A DNA stretch of 64,000 nucleotides from Alistipes sp. (GTDB lineage Bacteria; Bacteroidota; Bacteroidia; Bacteroidales; Rikenellaceae): positions 2,553 to 66,552 of the forward strand of contig JAZOMA010000012.1 of assembly GCA_045653565.1 (NCBI GenBank), written 5' to 3'. Under the pieces are notes generated by a model. The model was given only the letters and a program-made list of their open reading frames with translations, ran no database searches and had not been told where the DNA came from. The translations under genes and the position numbers were made by a program. Positions 36,708-45,952 of the stretch are shown here, one piece after another (position 1 is the stretch's first letter; each line of letters starts with the position of its first letter).

Positions 36708-38330
36708 ATGAGAAAACTAATTTTGACTTGTGCTGCGCTTGTCGTAGCGTGTGTAGCAATGGCCACTGAGTGCGTGATTGTTCCTCGTCCGGTATCGTAT
36801 GAGGCGCAGAAGGGAAAGTGCGCTCTAACCTCTAAGAGTGTAGTCTATGTTGCTGACAAGTCGCTTGTGCGTCCTGCAACCATGTTCTGCAAGTATGTTG
36901 CAGAGGAGAAGGAGTTGCAGTTGTCTGTTGTAGAGAGTGCTGCTTCAAGCAAGGGCGCAATTGCTCTCTCGATTGACAAGTTGTACGCAGAGGAGGCTTA
37001 TGTGCTTGAGATTGCCAAGAGTGGCGTAACAATCAGGGGCGGTAGCGAGAAGGCTGTATTCTACGGCTTGCAGAGCCTTCGTCAAGTGGTATTCCACGCA
37101 AAGGCTAAGGGCGAGAAGGTTGAATTGCCATGTATGGTTGTAGAGGATAAGCCTCACTTCGGCTATCGTGGCGGTATGCTCGACGTTTGTCGCTACTTCT
37201 TCAGCGTGGACGAGGTAAAGAAGTTTATTGATATCCTCGCCCTGCACAAGATGAATCGTTTCCACTGGCATTTGACCGAGGACCAGGGTTGGCGTATCGA
37301 GATTAAGAAGTACCCTAACTTGACAAAGGTTGGCTCGATTCGTAAGGAGACTTTGATTGGTCTTTATGGCAAAAAGTATAGACCTTATAAGTTTGATGGT
37401 AAGTCTTACGGTGGCTTCTTCACTCAAGACGAGGTGCGCGAGATTGTTCGCTATGCAACAGAGCGTTACATCGATGTTATCCCTGAGATTGATATGCCTG
37501 GTCATATGGTTGCGGCTTTGGCTTCATATCCAGAGCTTGGTTGTACAAAGGGTCCTTACGAGGTGCGTACTACTTGGGGAATCTCTCGAGATGTATTGTG
37601 CGCAGGTCGTGAGTCAACATTCGAGTTTGTAGAGGGTGTTCTCGCAGAGATTTTGGAACTCTTCCCATCGAAGTATATCCACGTTGGTGGTGATGAGTGT
37701 CCAAAGCATCGTTGGAAGGTTTGCCCAGATTGCCAAAAACGCATCAAGGAGGAGGGTCTGAAGGACGAGTTCGAGTTGCAGAGTTACTTTATGCGTCGCG
37801 TAGAGAACTATCTTGCAAAGCACGGTCGCAGCATTATCGGTTGGGACGAGATTCTCGAGGGCGGTATCTCGAAGACTGCAACAATTATGGCTTGGCGAGG
37901 TCCACAGCGTGGTATCGAGGCTGCGAAGTTGGGTAACGATGTTATTATGACCCCAAGACACTACTGCTACCTCGACTATGCAAACACCTCGAATCGTGAG
38001 AAGAATAACGAGCCTCTCTGCGGTGGTGGTAACGGAAAACTTCCTCTCACTTTGCGTAAGGCTTATTCGTTCAATCCATACGATCAGTTGAACGAGTACG
38101 AGCGTCAGTTTATCAAGGGTGTACAGGGTAATATGTGGACCGAGTATGTTCCTACCTTCAGCCACGTTCAGCATATGGTGTTGCCTCGTCTCGCAGCTAT
38201 TGCCGAGGTAGGTTGGACCTTTGGAGAGAAGGACTACGACGACTTCGCACGCCGTATGCACTTGTTGCGTAAGTTGTACGATAAGTGTGGCTTCAATTAT
38301 GCACCATACTTCTTTAACGGAATAGAGTAA
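36708..38330 (+). CDS. Beta-N-acetylhexosaminidase (GH20)
   Basis: YRGGMLDVCR, FHWHLTEDQGWR, PEIDMPGH, HVGGDE, WTEY, PRL. Confidence 0.95.
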   Translation: MRKLILTCAALVVACVAMATECVIVPRPVSYEAQKGKCALTSKSVVYVADKSLVRPATMFCKYVAEEKELQLSVVESAASSKGAIALSIDKLYAEEAYVLEIAKSGVTIRGGSEKAVFYGLQSLRQVVFHAKAKGEKVELPCMVVEDKPHFGYRGGMLDVCRYFFSVDEVKKFIDILALHKMNRFHWHLTEDQGWRIEIKKYPNLTKVGSIRKETLIGLYGKKYRPYKFDGKSYGGFFTQDEVREIVRYATERYIDVIPEIDMPGHMVAALASYPELGCTKGPYEVRTTWGISRDVLCAGRESTFEFVEGVLAEILELFPSKYIHVGGDECPKHRWKVCPDCQKRIKEEGLKDEFELQSYFMRRVENYLAKHGRSIIGWDEILEGGISKTATIMAWRGPQRGIEAAKLGNDVIMTPRHYCYLDYANTSNREKNNEPLCGGGNGKLPLTLRKAYSFNPYDQLNEYERQFIKGVQGNMWTEYVPTFSHVQHMVLPRLAAIAEVGWTFGEKDYDDFARRMHLLRKLYDKCGFNYAPYFFNGIE

Positions 38331-39220
38331 TGAGGATTTCATCACATACAATGCGCTCTATCGTTATGCCTATAAGTATGGCGGTGGGCGCATTGTTGTG
38401 TTATCCAATCACTGCGTTTGACGAGTGGAGTGGCGAGGTCTCTACCCCATTCTTCATATTTTCGATGCTATTCTGCACCTTCTGTCGTGTGGATATTCGC
38501 GAGATGAAGCCCACGATGTTGCACTTTTGGTTGATGGTGGCACAGATGGCGATGACTTTTGTTGTCTATTACGCGCTTCGACCATTGGGCGATACGGTGG
38601 CGCAGGGAGGAATGATTTGCGCACTTACGCCTATGGCTATGGGTGCGATGGTGTTGGCGAGTATGCTCGGTGCAAAGATCGAAACAATGGCTACGCACAG
38701 CCTTATTTGCAATGTTGCGATTGCATTTATCGCTCCGCCGTTGCTCTCGGAGTGGGGAAATGGTACTTGTACGGTAACCGAGATTTTGATGCGAGTTACG
38801 CCACTTTTGATATTGCCGTTCGTGGTGGCGCAGTTCTGTCGTTTGATTACGCCTAAAATGGCGCAAAAGATTGGCAACAATTCGATGCTTTCGTTCTATC
38901 TATGGTTGGGGTCGCTGGTGGTGATAATGGGCAAAACAACCCACTTTATCATCGAGAGTGGCGCCAAGCATATACGAGCAGAGATTTTGTTGGCGGTGGC
39001 GGCATTGGCGATTTGTCTGGTGCAGTTTGGCATAGGCAAATGGCTCGGGCGCAGATATGGCGATAAGGTTGCTGGCGCACAGGCTCTCGGGCAAAAGAAT
39101 ACTGTCTTTGCGATATGGCTTTCGCAGTCGTTTCTCAATCCGTTGGCGTGTGTGGCTCCTACGGCGTATATTGTGTGGCAAAATATAGTTAATTCATACC
39201 AAATTTATAAGCACCGATGA
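38330..39220 (+). CDS. Membrane transporter (bile acid:sodium symporter-like)
   Basis: About 9 TM helices; QALGQKNT and WQNIVNS motifs. Confidence 0.8.
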   Translation: MRISSHTMRSIVMPISMAVGALLCYPITAFDEWSGEVSTPFFIFSMLFCTFCRVDIREMKPTMLHFWLMVAQMAMTFVVYYALRPLGDTVAQGGMICALTPMAMGAMVLASMLGAKIETMATHSLICNVAIAFIAPPLLSEWGNGTCTVTEILMRVTPLLILPFVVAQFCRLITPKMAQKIGNNSMLSFYLWLGSLVVIMGKTTHFIIESGAKHIRAEILLAVAALAICLVQFGIGKWLGRRYGDKVAGAQALGQKNTVFAIWLSQSFLNPLACVAPTAYIVWQNIVNSYQIYKHR

Positions 39221-40239
39221 AGATAGGTGATATTGAGTTTCGTAAGGAGGCGTTGTTTTTGGCTCCGATGGAGGATGTTACCGACCCCTCGTTCCGCTAC
39301 ATCTGCAAGCGGTTTGGCGCGGATATGGTAACGACCGAGTTTATATCGTCGGATGGACTTATTCGCGATGCGTGGAAGTCGCGTGCAAAGTTGAATATCA
39401 ACGACTTCGAGCGACCTGTGGCGATTCAGATTTATGGCAACCAGATAGAGCCGATGGTCGAGGCGACACGCATTGCCGAGTCGGCTAATCCCGATATTGT
39501 CGATATAAACTTCGGCTGTCCGATGAAGAAGATTGCGGGACGTGGTGCAGGCTCGGGAATGATGCGCGATGTGCCGTTGATGGTGGAGATGACCCGACAG
39601 ATTGTGGAGGCCGTAAAGAAGCCTGTAACCGTAAAAACACGTCTTGGCTGGGACGACGATTCGAAGAATATCGAAGAGATTGCTTTGCGACTGCAAGATG
39701 TTGGTATTGCTGCACTTACCATTCACGGACGCACTCGTTGCCAACTCTATAAGGGCGAGGCTGATTGGACGTTGATTGGAAAAGTGAAGAATAATCCGCT
39801 TATCAAGATTCCAATTATTGGCAATGGCGATGTCGATTCGGGCGATAAGGCTCGCGAGATGTTCGATCGCTATGGTGTCGACGCAATTATGATTGGTCGT
39901 GCAACTTACGGTCGCCCGTGGATATTCCGTGAGGTGCGACACTACCTCGATACAGGCGAGGTGTTGCCACAACCGAGTGTTGTAGAGCGTGTGGCTATTG
40001 CGAAGGAGCACTTGGCGAAATCTATCGAAGTGAAGGGCGAGCGTGTGGGCGTATTGGAGATGCGTCGCCACCTCTCGAACTACTTCAAGGGGCTGCCAAA
40101 CTTCAAGGATACGCGAATGAAGTTGGTTACGCTGAACGACCCGGCGGAGTTGTTCGCAACGATTGATTCGATTGAGGAGCGTTGGGGCGACTTCGATACA
40201 GCAGGCTGCATCCCTCCCCCACTTTCACACGATATTTAG
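39217..40239 (+). CDS. dusB: tRNA-dihydrouridine synthase B
   Basis: LAPMEDVTD, DINFGCP, VTVKTRLGW, IHGRT, GNGD, MIGR. Confidence 0.95.
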   Translation: MKIGDIEFRKEALFLAPMEDVTDPSFRYICKRFGADMVTTEFISSDGLIRDAWKSRAKLNINDFERPVAIQIYGNQIEPMVEATRIAESANPDIVDINFGCPMKKIAGRGAGSGMMRDVPLMVEMTRQIVEAVKKPVTVKTRLGWDDDSKNIEEIALRLQDVGIAALTIHGRTRCQLYKGEADWTLIGKVKNNPLIKIPIIGNGDVDSGDKAREMFDRYGVDAIMIGRATYGRPWIFREVRHYLDTGEVLPQPSVVERVAIAKEHLAKSIEVKGERVGVLEMRRHLSNYFKGLPNFKDTRMKLVTLNDPAELFATIDSIEERWGDFDTAGCIPPPLSHDI

Positions 40240-40268
40240 TGAAATATAATGACAAACAGATAGATACT

Positions 40269-40781
40269 ATGATTCTAAAATTCAGAATGTTGAGCGACGA
40301 GAACAACAATTTCGTTCGCGATTTCGAAGTTGATCCGATGATGAAATTGTCGGAGTTTCACGACTTTATTATTCGCTCGATTGGTTATGACGATTGTATG
40401 GCGTCGTTCTTTACGGCAGACGAGGAGTGGCAGCGTTGCCGCGAATTTACCCTTATGGATATGGGCGACACGGGCTACGATGGTGAGGATGCGCCTCTGC
40501 CAATGGCAAAGACTACGCTGGCAGAGATAGTCGTGGCTGACTACACACGCCTAATTTACCTATTCGATATGTTTGCCGAGCGTGCTTTCTACATCGAGTT
40601 GGTTGGCTCATCCGAGCCCAATGCTTCACTCTCCTATCCTCGTGTGGCGTTCGAGAATGCTCCGGTGCCCGATCAATACGATCCGGATGCGGTAGATTCG
40701 AATGCCGGCTCAATCTTCGACGAGATTATGGATGAGTTTGGCGATTTTGATGGCGACAGCGATGGTGATGATGAGTGGTAG
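40269..40781 (+). CDS. Conserved Bacteroidales protein (pRiA4b ORF-3/TnpR-like fold)
   Basis: FVRDFEV...FHDFI, MASFF, LIYLFD..ERAFYIEL, acidic tail; overlaps the miaA start. Confidence 0.75.
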   Translation: MILKFRMLSDENNNFVRDFEVDPMMKLSEFHDFIIRSIGYDDCMASFFTADEEWQRCREFTLMDMGDTGYDGEDAPLPMAKTTLAEIVVADYTRLIYLFDMFAERAFYIELVGSSEPNASLSYPRVAFENAPVPDQYDPDAVDSNAGSIFDEIMDEFGDFDGDSDGDDEW

Positions 40782-41673
40782 AAAGCGACTTATCGTAATC
40801 GTCGGAGCAACCGGCTCGGGCAAGACCGATTTGAGTATTGCCGTTGCCGAACACTTCGCTGCGCCGATTATATCGACCGATTCACGCCAGTTCTATCGCG
40901 GTATGGCTATTGGAACGGCTCAACCTTCGCGTGAACAGATGGAGCGCGTTGAGCATCACTTGGTTGATTGCTACGATGTGAGCGAGGAGTTTAATTGCGG
41001 AGCCTACGAACGTGTGGCGTTGGAGCGACTTGCGGAGTTGTTCGAAAAGCACGACACGGTTGTAGCCGTGGGTGGTTCGGGCTTGTATATAAAGGCGTTA
41101 TGCGAAGGTATGGACGATTTGCCCGATGCCGAGCCTGCGTTGCGTGAGGAGTTGCTCAAACGGCTCGAAACCGAAGGGCTGGAGTCGCTTGTCGAGCAAC
41201 TGCGCGAATTGGACGAGGCCTACTATAACGAGGTCGATAGGTGCAACCCACAGCGAGTTCTGAGAGCGTTGGAGGTTTGTTTGACTACCGGACAACCATA
41301 CTCCTCGTTGCGAAAAGGGGGCGTTAAAAGACGCGATTTCGAGATTGTGAAGGTCGGCATCGATTATCCACGAGAGGAGTTGTACGACCGCATAAATCGC
41401 CGTGTAGATATGATGATGGAGGCGGGTTTGGAGGCAGAGGCGCGTGCTATGCTACCCTATCGCCATCTGAATGCTTTGCAGACGGTGGGTTTTAGCGAGA
41501 TGTTCGACTACTTTGATGGCACAATATCGCGCGAAGAGGCGGTCGAACTTATAAAGCGCAATTCGCGTCGTTACGCCAAGCGACAGATGACGTGGTTCAG
41601 GCGTGATAAGGATATTCGATGGTTTGCCAAGCCGACGTCCGAAGATGTTATACAATACTTGGAACAGAGATAG
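40771..41673 (+). CDS. miaA: tRNA dimethylallyltransferase
   Basis: GATGSGKT, DSRQFY, IGTA, VGGSGLY, RALEV, YAKRQMTWF. Confidence 0.97.
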   Translation: MSGRKRLIVIVGATGSGKTDLSIAVAEHFAAPIISTDSRQFYRGMAIGTAQPSREQMERVEHHLVDCYDVSEEFNCGAYERVALERLAELFEKHDTVVAVGGSGLYIKALCEGMDDLPDAEPALREELLKRLETEGLESLVEQLRELDEAYYNEVDRCNPQRVLRALEVCLTTGQPYSSLRKGGVKRRDFEIVKVGIDYPREELYDRINRRVDMMMEAGLEAEARAMLPYRHLNALQTVGFSEMFDYFDGTISREEAVELIKRNSRRYAKRQMTWFRRDKDIRWFAKPTSEDVIQYLEQR

Positions 41674-41705
41674 AAAAAATCCCGACTTCAGCGAAGCCGG
41701 GATTT
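41674..41705. terminator. Terminator between convergent genes
   Basis: AAATCCCG.CTTC/GAAG.CGGGATTT stem with A6 on the left. Confidence 0.75.
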
Positions 41706-41724
41706 GATTTTGCTTATAAACCGT

Positions 41725-43500
41725 TTAGAACAAGAATCCTAAGTTTGCGGTAACTCCGTGTACGAAATACTTATTAGGGTAAACCTGTGAATCGCCACTG
41801 TAGATACGTGCGCCCCAACGATTGTCAATGCGATAACCCACTCCGACGTAGATTGCTGACTTTTGACCAATACGGAAGTTTATACCCAACGACGCTTTAC
41901 CGAAAATAGTCATCTGATTATATGTCAACTGATGGTTTGGTGTTGGGTGATACTCCTCACGGATAGGCGAAAACTCTGCACCTCCTGTAAGGGCGAAGTA
42001 TGGTGCAACTTTCGTATCGCGCGACATATTAACCCTGAAGTGAAGGTATGCAGGAATAGAGAAAGTAGCCAACGGTAATGCTCCAATCTCCATTTCAGGA
42101 TAGTAGTTGTTGTAATTACCACCATTGACATCTGGCATACCCATCTCTTGAAGACCTCCGTCGATATTCCAAATAATACCGGTACCTACACCAAGGAATA
42201 CAATATTGTTGAAGTTGCAGCCAATAGCATAGTTGAGTGAAAGAGCCATATCGAGAGCCTCGATATTTTGAATATTCTGGGTGGTTGCCATAAATCCAAA
42301 TTCGAGCATTTGTCCGAAGCGGTTCTTCTTTAGTGGCTTATTTGGCTTCTTCTCCAAAGGTACCATATCCTCATCTTGCGATGCTATATACTCCTTTTTA
42401 GGTGCGGTTTGTTGCACTGCGACCTGAGGTTGTGGTTGAGTAACAGGCTGTTGAACTGTTGCTTGAGGAGTAGGTTGTACAACCACTTGTGGTTGAACTG
42501 GTTGTGCTACTACTTGCTGTGGTGCAGGTTGTTGCATGGTTGCCTGCTGCTCTGCGAGCAAACGGGCAACTTCTGCTTTGGCTGCTTCCTTTGCCTCTGC
42601 AATGATACGAGCGCGCTCCTCCTCTGCTGTTGCTTTGGCTTCGGCGATTATGCGAGCCTTCTCCTGCTCTGCAGCGATACGAGCCTCCTCAGCAGCCTTT
42701 GCTTTAGCCTCTGCTGCAAGACGCTCCTTCTCTTGTTCAGCGGCAATACGTGCAGCCTCTTCTGCCTTAGCCTTTTCTGCAGCAATACGCGCCTCCTCGG
42801 CAGCCTTTGCTTTTGCTTCGGCAATCAGACGCGCCTTCTCTTGCTCTGCAGCTATACGCGCAGCCTCTTCAGCTTTTGCCTTCTCGGCAGCAACACGTGC
42901 CTCCTCTTCAGCCTTTGCTTTAGCCTCTGCAGCAAGACGCTCCTTCTCTTTTTCAGCAGCAATACGTGCAGCCTCTTCGGCTACAGCCTTTTCGGCAGCA
43001 ACACGTGCCGCCTCCTTCTCTGCTGCTATGCGCATAGCCTCTTTCTCGGCGAGAATACGTGCAGCCTCCTTTTCGGCAGCGATGCGAGCTGCCTCTTTCT
43101 CAGCCTCTATACGAGCAGCTTCGGCAACTTTTGCTCGCTCGGCAGCCTCCTTTTGAGCCGCCTTCTCTGCTTTCGCTTTGTTGCTTGCGTACTTCTTGTC
43201 AACTTTCAGTCGAAAGATGATCATCGAACCGTCAATCTCAGCCTGGGCAGAAACATATCCCTCGTACGATGCCTCTACATATTTACAATAAGAGGTTACA
43301 TCGAGCTGGAATGTTCCGTCTGCACCTGCCTTTGTGGAAGCACTCTCGGATACCGCTTGAACAACAGCACCCTGCAACGACTGACCTTCAGCGTCTTGGA
43401 CATAACCCTTGACGGTGATGGTGCGGGCGTTCTGCTGTTGTGCTACTGCGGAGAGCGAGAATACTCCCAAAATAGCGGTTAAAAGAATAAATCTCTTCAT
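41725..43500 (-). CDS. Outer-membrane protein: carboxypeptidase-regulatory-like domain, long Ala/Glu/Lys/Arg coiled coil, Gln/Pro linker and beta-barrel
   Basis: Signal peptide; VKGYVQDAEGQSLQGA; many EAARIAAE repeats; C-terminal ANLGFLF. Confidence 0.8.
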   Translation of the reverse strand: MKRFILLTAILGVFSLSAVAQQQNARTITVKGYVQDAEGQSLQGAVVQAVSESASTKAGADGTFQLDVTSYCKYVEASYEGYVSAQAEIDGSMIIFRLKVDKKYASNKAKAEKAAQKEAAERAKVAEAARIEAEKEAARIAAEKEAARILAEKEAMRIAAEKEAARVAAEKAVAEEAARIAAEKEKERLAAEAKAKAEEEARVAAEKAKAEEAARIAAEQEKARLIAEAKAKAAEEARIAAEKAKAEEAARIAAEQEKERLAAEAKAKAAEEARIAAEQEKARIIAEAKATAEEERARIIAEAKEAAKAEVARLLAEQQATMQQPAPQQVVAQPVQPQVVVQPTPQATVQQPVTQPQPQVAVQQTAPKKEYIASQDEDMVPLEKKPNKPLKKNRFGQMLEFGFMATTQNIQNIEALDMALSLNYAIGCNFNNIVFLGVGTGIIWNIDGGLQEMGMPDVNGGNYNNYYPEMEIGALPLATFSIPAYLHFRVNMSRDTKVAPYFALTGGAEFSPIREEYHPTPNHQLTYNQMTIFGKASLGINFRIGQKSAIYVGVGYRIDNRWGARIYSGDSQVYPNKYFVHGVTANLGFLF

Positions 43501-43509
43501 AGTAACCTA

Positions 43510-43989
43510 TTATTTACCCATCAATTTGTCGAAGAATGAGCCACCGCCCGAAGCAGCAGGTACTAACGGCTTTTTCTTGCCTGTGCTGTGAATCTTCGAT
43601 ACCTCGCGCAGATAGTCGTCGCCTGGAGAACGGAAGTTAATATACTTTGCAGGATAGCCTGTTACAGTGATAGACTCGATAGAGCCATTCGCCGAGTACT
43701 TAATCTGATGCTCGAGTGCAACCAATACATCGGCATTGCCATTTGCGATGAGAGCCTCGCGAATGGCCGAATTGATAACGTTCTCCGGGCCTGCGCTAAC
43801 AACGGTCTGGCTTGGAATATAGAAGAATGAAATCTTGTTTGGCGAAACGTCGAGGTCTGCAAACACTGCTGTCACAGGGTCTAAAACGTTTATTTTGTTG
43901 TGAGTTGCAGTGTTGGTTAGTTTTGTTGGAACCGAGCAACTAACAAACATAGCCGAAGCCAAAACCGAAAGGATTAAAAACTTTTTCAT
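43510..43989 (-). CDS. Hypothetical lipoprotein
   Basis: Lipobox MFVSC; NADVLV...VTGYPA motif. Confidence 0.8.
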   Translation of the reverse strand: MKKFLILSVLASAMFVSCSVPTKLTNTATHNKINVLDPVTAVFADLDVSPNKISFFYIPSQTVVSAGPENVINSAIREALIANGNADVLVALEHQIKYSANGSIESITVTGYPAKYINFRSPGDDYLREVSKIHSTGKKKPLVPAASGGGSFFDKLMGK

Positions 43990-44008
43990 AATAACTTAAG
44001 TTTTTGGG

Positions 44009-44101
44009 TGCGTACCAGCCTCCAATACGCTGTAAATAAATGGAGAGTGCGAGGCTGTTGCCTTTCCTTTTGAGTTTCGAAAAGTTGGGCACAACACTCT
44101 C
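44009..44101 (-). ncRNA. Candidate 5' leader RNA motif, short copy
   Basis: GAGAGTGTT...AACAGCCTCGCACTCTC...GCGTATTGGAGGCTGGTACGCA, homologous to 50368-50591. Promoter TAAATTTG at 44138-44131. Confidence 0.55.
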
Positions 44102-44231
44102 TGCTGAACTGTATTTGTTGTTATGTATCACAAATTTATGAAATAATTTTTCAATTATCGCATATTTCCAAGAAAATTATACCTTCTATATAAAAATATT
44201 TGATTTTTGGGAGATTATATACAATACATTT

Positions 44232-44432
44232 GGGAATCGAACGGTCGCCGCAGGTTTGCGCAGAGCAAAAGATGGGAGATAGACATTAAAACCAAAGGTT
44301 TTTAGAGAGTAAATTAAATAGCAGCAGCCAAATTTATTTTAGATGATGATATTTAATTTTCTATCGTAGTTGCGCAGCAACAATGGCTACCTCTCTGCTT
44401 GCAGATAACTCTGCCACACCGCCACCGACTGA
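44232..44432 (-). ncRNA. Candidate structured element downstream of tRNA-Leu (copy 2 of 2)
   Basis: Same end motifs and stem architecture as 13278-13487. Confidence 0.5.
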
Positions 44433-44453
44433 CTGATTGTCGCGACGAGTACG

Positions 44454-44487
44454 AAAAAAAAGTCCGCCTTATGAAAGGCGAACTTTT
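44454..44487 (-). terminator. Terminator after tRNA-Leu
   Basis: AAAAGT.CGCCTT/AAGGCG.ACTTTT stem with a T-run on the minus strand. Confidence 0.8.
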
Positions 44488-44491
44488 GAAG

Positions 44492-44577
44492 TACTCGGAG
44501 CGGGAATCGAACCCGCACGGCCATTACTGGCCACAGGATTTTAAGTCCGGCGTGTCTACCTATTCCACCATCCGAGC
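44492..44577 (-). tRNA. tRNA-Leu(TAA)
   Basis: GCTCGGATGGTGGAATAGG...GACTTAAAATC, long variable arm, GGTTCGATTCCCGCTCCGAGTA. Confidence 0.96.
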
Positions 44578-44623
44578 CCTGTTTTGCGTTGCAAATGTAG
44601 TGTTTTTTGTCGTATTATCCAAA

Positions 44624-45949
44624 TTATTTACGTCTGGTTGCTACTTTGCGTTGTGCGCGGTGGCTCTTTTTGCGCGACAGCACAATTTTGTGACGAATGT
44701 AAAATACGGCTAATGCGCTGAACGACACGATAATAACCACCCATACCCAAAGTGGCACTTCGTCGCCTTTTACTCTTGCCCACATCTCCAGCATTTTAGG
44801 TGTGCGGTCGCCCGAGTCGTGCATCATAGCACAACGTGCGATAACCGATTTGTCAGGATACATTATAGGATCCAGCTTTACATTCTCGGCTCCCTCGCCA
44901 AAGAAATACGATGCGTCAATACTCTCCTCCAACTCATCATCTATGTAAGATTCCAACACCTCCGGTGTCGCTATAACACTCACATATCCAGTCTCGTTCA
45001 TATTGCGAACAGCGATATCGGAACGACACATAAAGTTGATAAAGTAGCGTGCAGCCTTTACATTTTTGGCATATTTAGGTATTACCCAACCGTCAAACCA
45101 CACATTACTACCCTCCTTCGGAACGCGATAGTCGAGCGATACGCCAACCTCTGCAGCCTCCTCGATAGCCCAAACTGCATCGCCACTCCACGATAGGTTG
45201 ATGTAGGCCTTCTCCTTAGTCATCATCTCCTTGCCAAAATCGGCTTCCCAGCCTGCAACAAGGCGCTTTGCCTTCTTGAGAAACGCCTCGACCTCGGCTA
45301 TAGATTCGTCCGAAGAGTCGTACATAAGCTCCTCGAGCGTGAATGCACCCGCTGCCAACTCATCCTGTCGCAAATTGATAAGCATAGTGCTGTAAACATC
45401 GCGGAATGCATCCTTGATGAAAATCTTCTTCTCAAACTTCTCGTTGTGGAGAGTCGCCCAAGTCGAAGCCTCCTCCTCAGTTACATAGTTGGTGTTGTAG
45501 AGAAGACCTGTGGTACCCCACATATAGCCCACCGCGTAGTCGTTAGCATTCTTGCCGTTGCCGTCAATTTTACTGAAGCGATCGATGATATAAGGCGAGA
45601 TATTCGTCAGATAATTAGGCGTTTGTCCGAAATCCTTACCTATAGGCAAGAGCATATCGTTGCGTAGCATTCTTTCGATGATATACTCCGAAGGACACAC
45701 TACATCGAAATCCTCTTTGCCCATCTCGATTTTGGCGAGCATAATCTCGTTAATATCAAAGAGTTGGTAGATTATCTCGACCTCTTCGCCGGTCTGCTCC
45801 TTGTACCACACCTTGAACTCCTCCAAAGCGCTTTCGTCAATATAGTCTGCCCAGTTGTATATCTTAAGCACCTGTGAGCGAGGAGTCTCCGAGCACGACA
45901 CTGCCACGAGGCTAATCAACGAAATAAAAATAGAAATTATTCTTTTCAT
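44624..45949 (-). CDS. potD: Spermidine/putrescine ABC transporter substrate-binding lipoprotein
   Basis: IYNWADYID, DVVCPSEY, YMWGT, WSGDA, PKEGSNVWFD; extra C-terminal TM helix. Confidence 0.9.
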   Translation of the reverse strand: MKRIISIFISLISLVAVSCSETPRSQVLKIYNWADYIDESALEEFKVWYKEQTGEEVEIIYQLFDINEIMLAKIEMGKEDFDVVCPSEYIIERMLRNDMLLPIGKDFGQTPNYLTNISPYIIDRFSKIDGNGKNANDYAVGYMWGTTGLLYNTNYVTEEEASTWATLHNEKFEKKIFIKDAFRDVYSTMLINLRQDELAAGAFTLEELMYDSSDESIAEVEAFLKKAKRLVAGWEADFGKEMMTKEKAYINLSWSGDAVWAIEEAAEVGVSLDYRVPKEGSNVWFDGWVIPKYAKNVKAARYFINFMCRSDIAVRNMNETGYVSVIATPEVLESYIDDELEESIDASYFFGEGAENVKLDPIMYPDKSVIARCAMMHDSGDRTPKMLEMWARVKGDEVPLWVWVVIIVSFSALAVFYIRHKIVLSRKKSHRAQRKVATRRK

Positions 45950-45952
45950 AGT

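Noticed and set aside
40269-40781. Mobile element suggested by the TnpR/pRiA4b-like fold
   Set aside because: The gene is coupled to miaA in a housekeeping operon, with no terminal repeats or transposase.
42376-43482. Long Cys/Leu- or Ala/Ser-rich plus-strand ORFs
   Set aside because: Antisense shadows of the low-complexity coiled-coil repeat.
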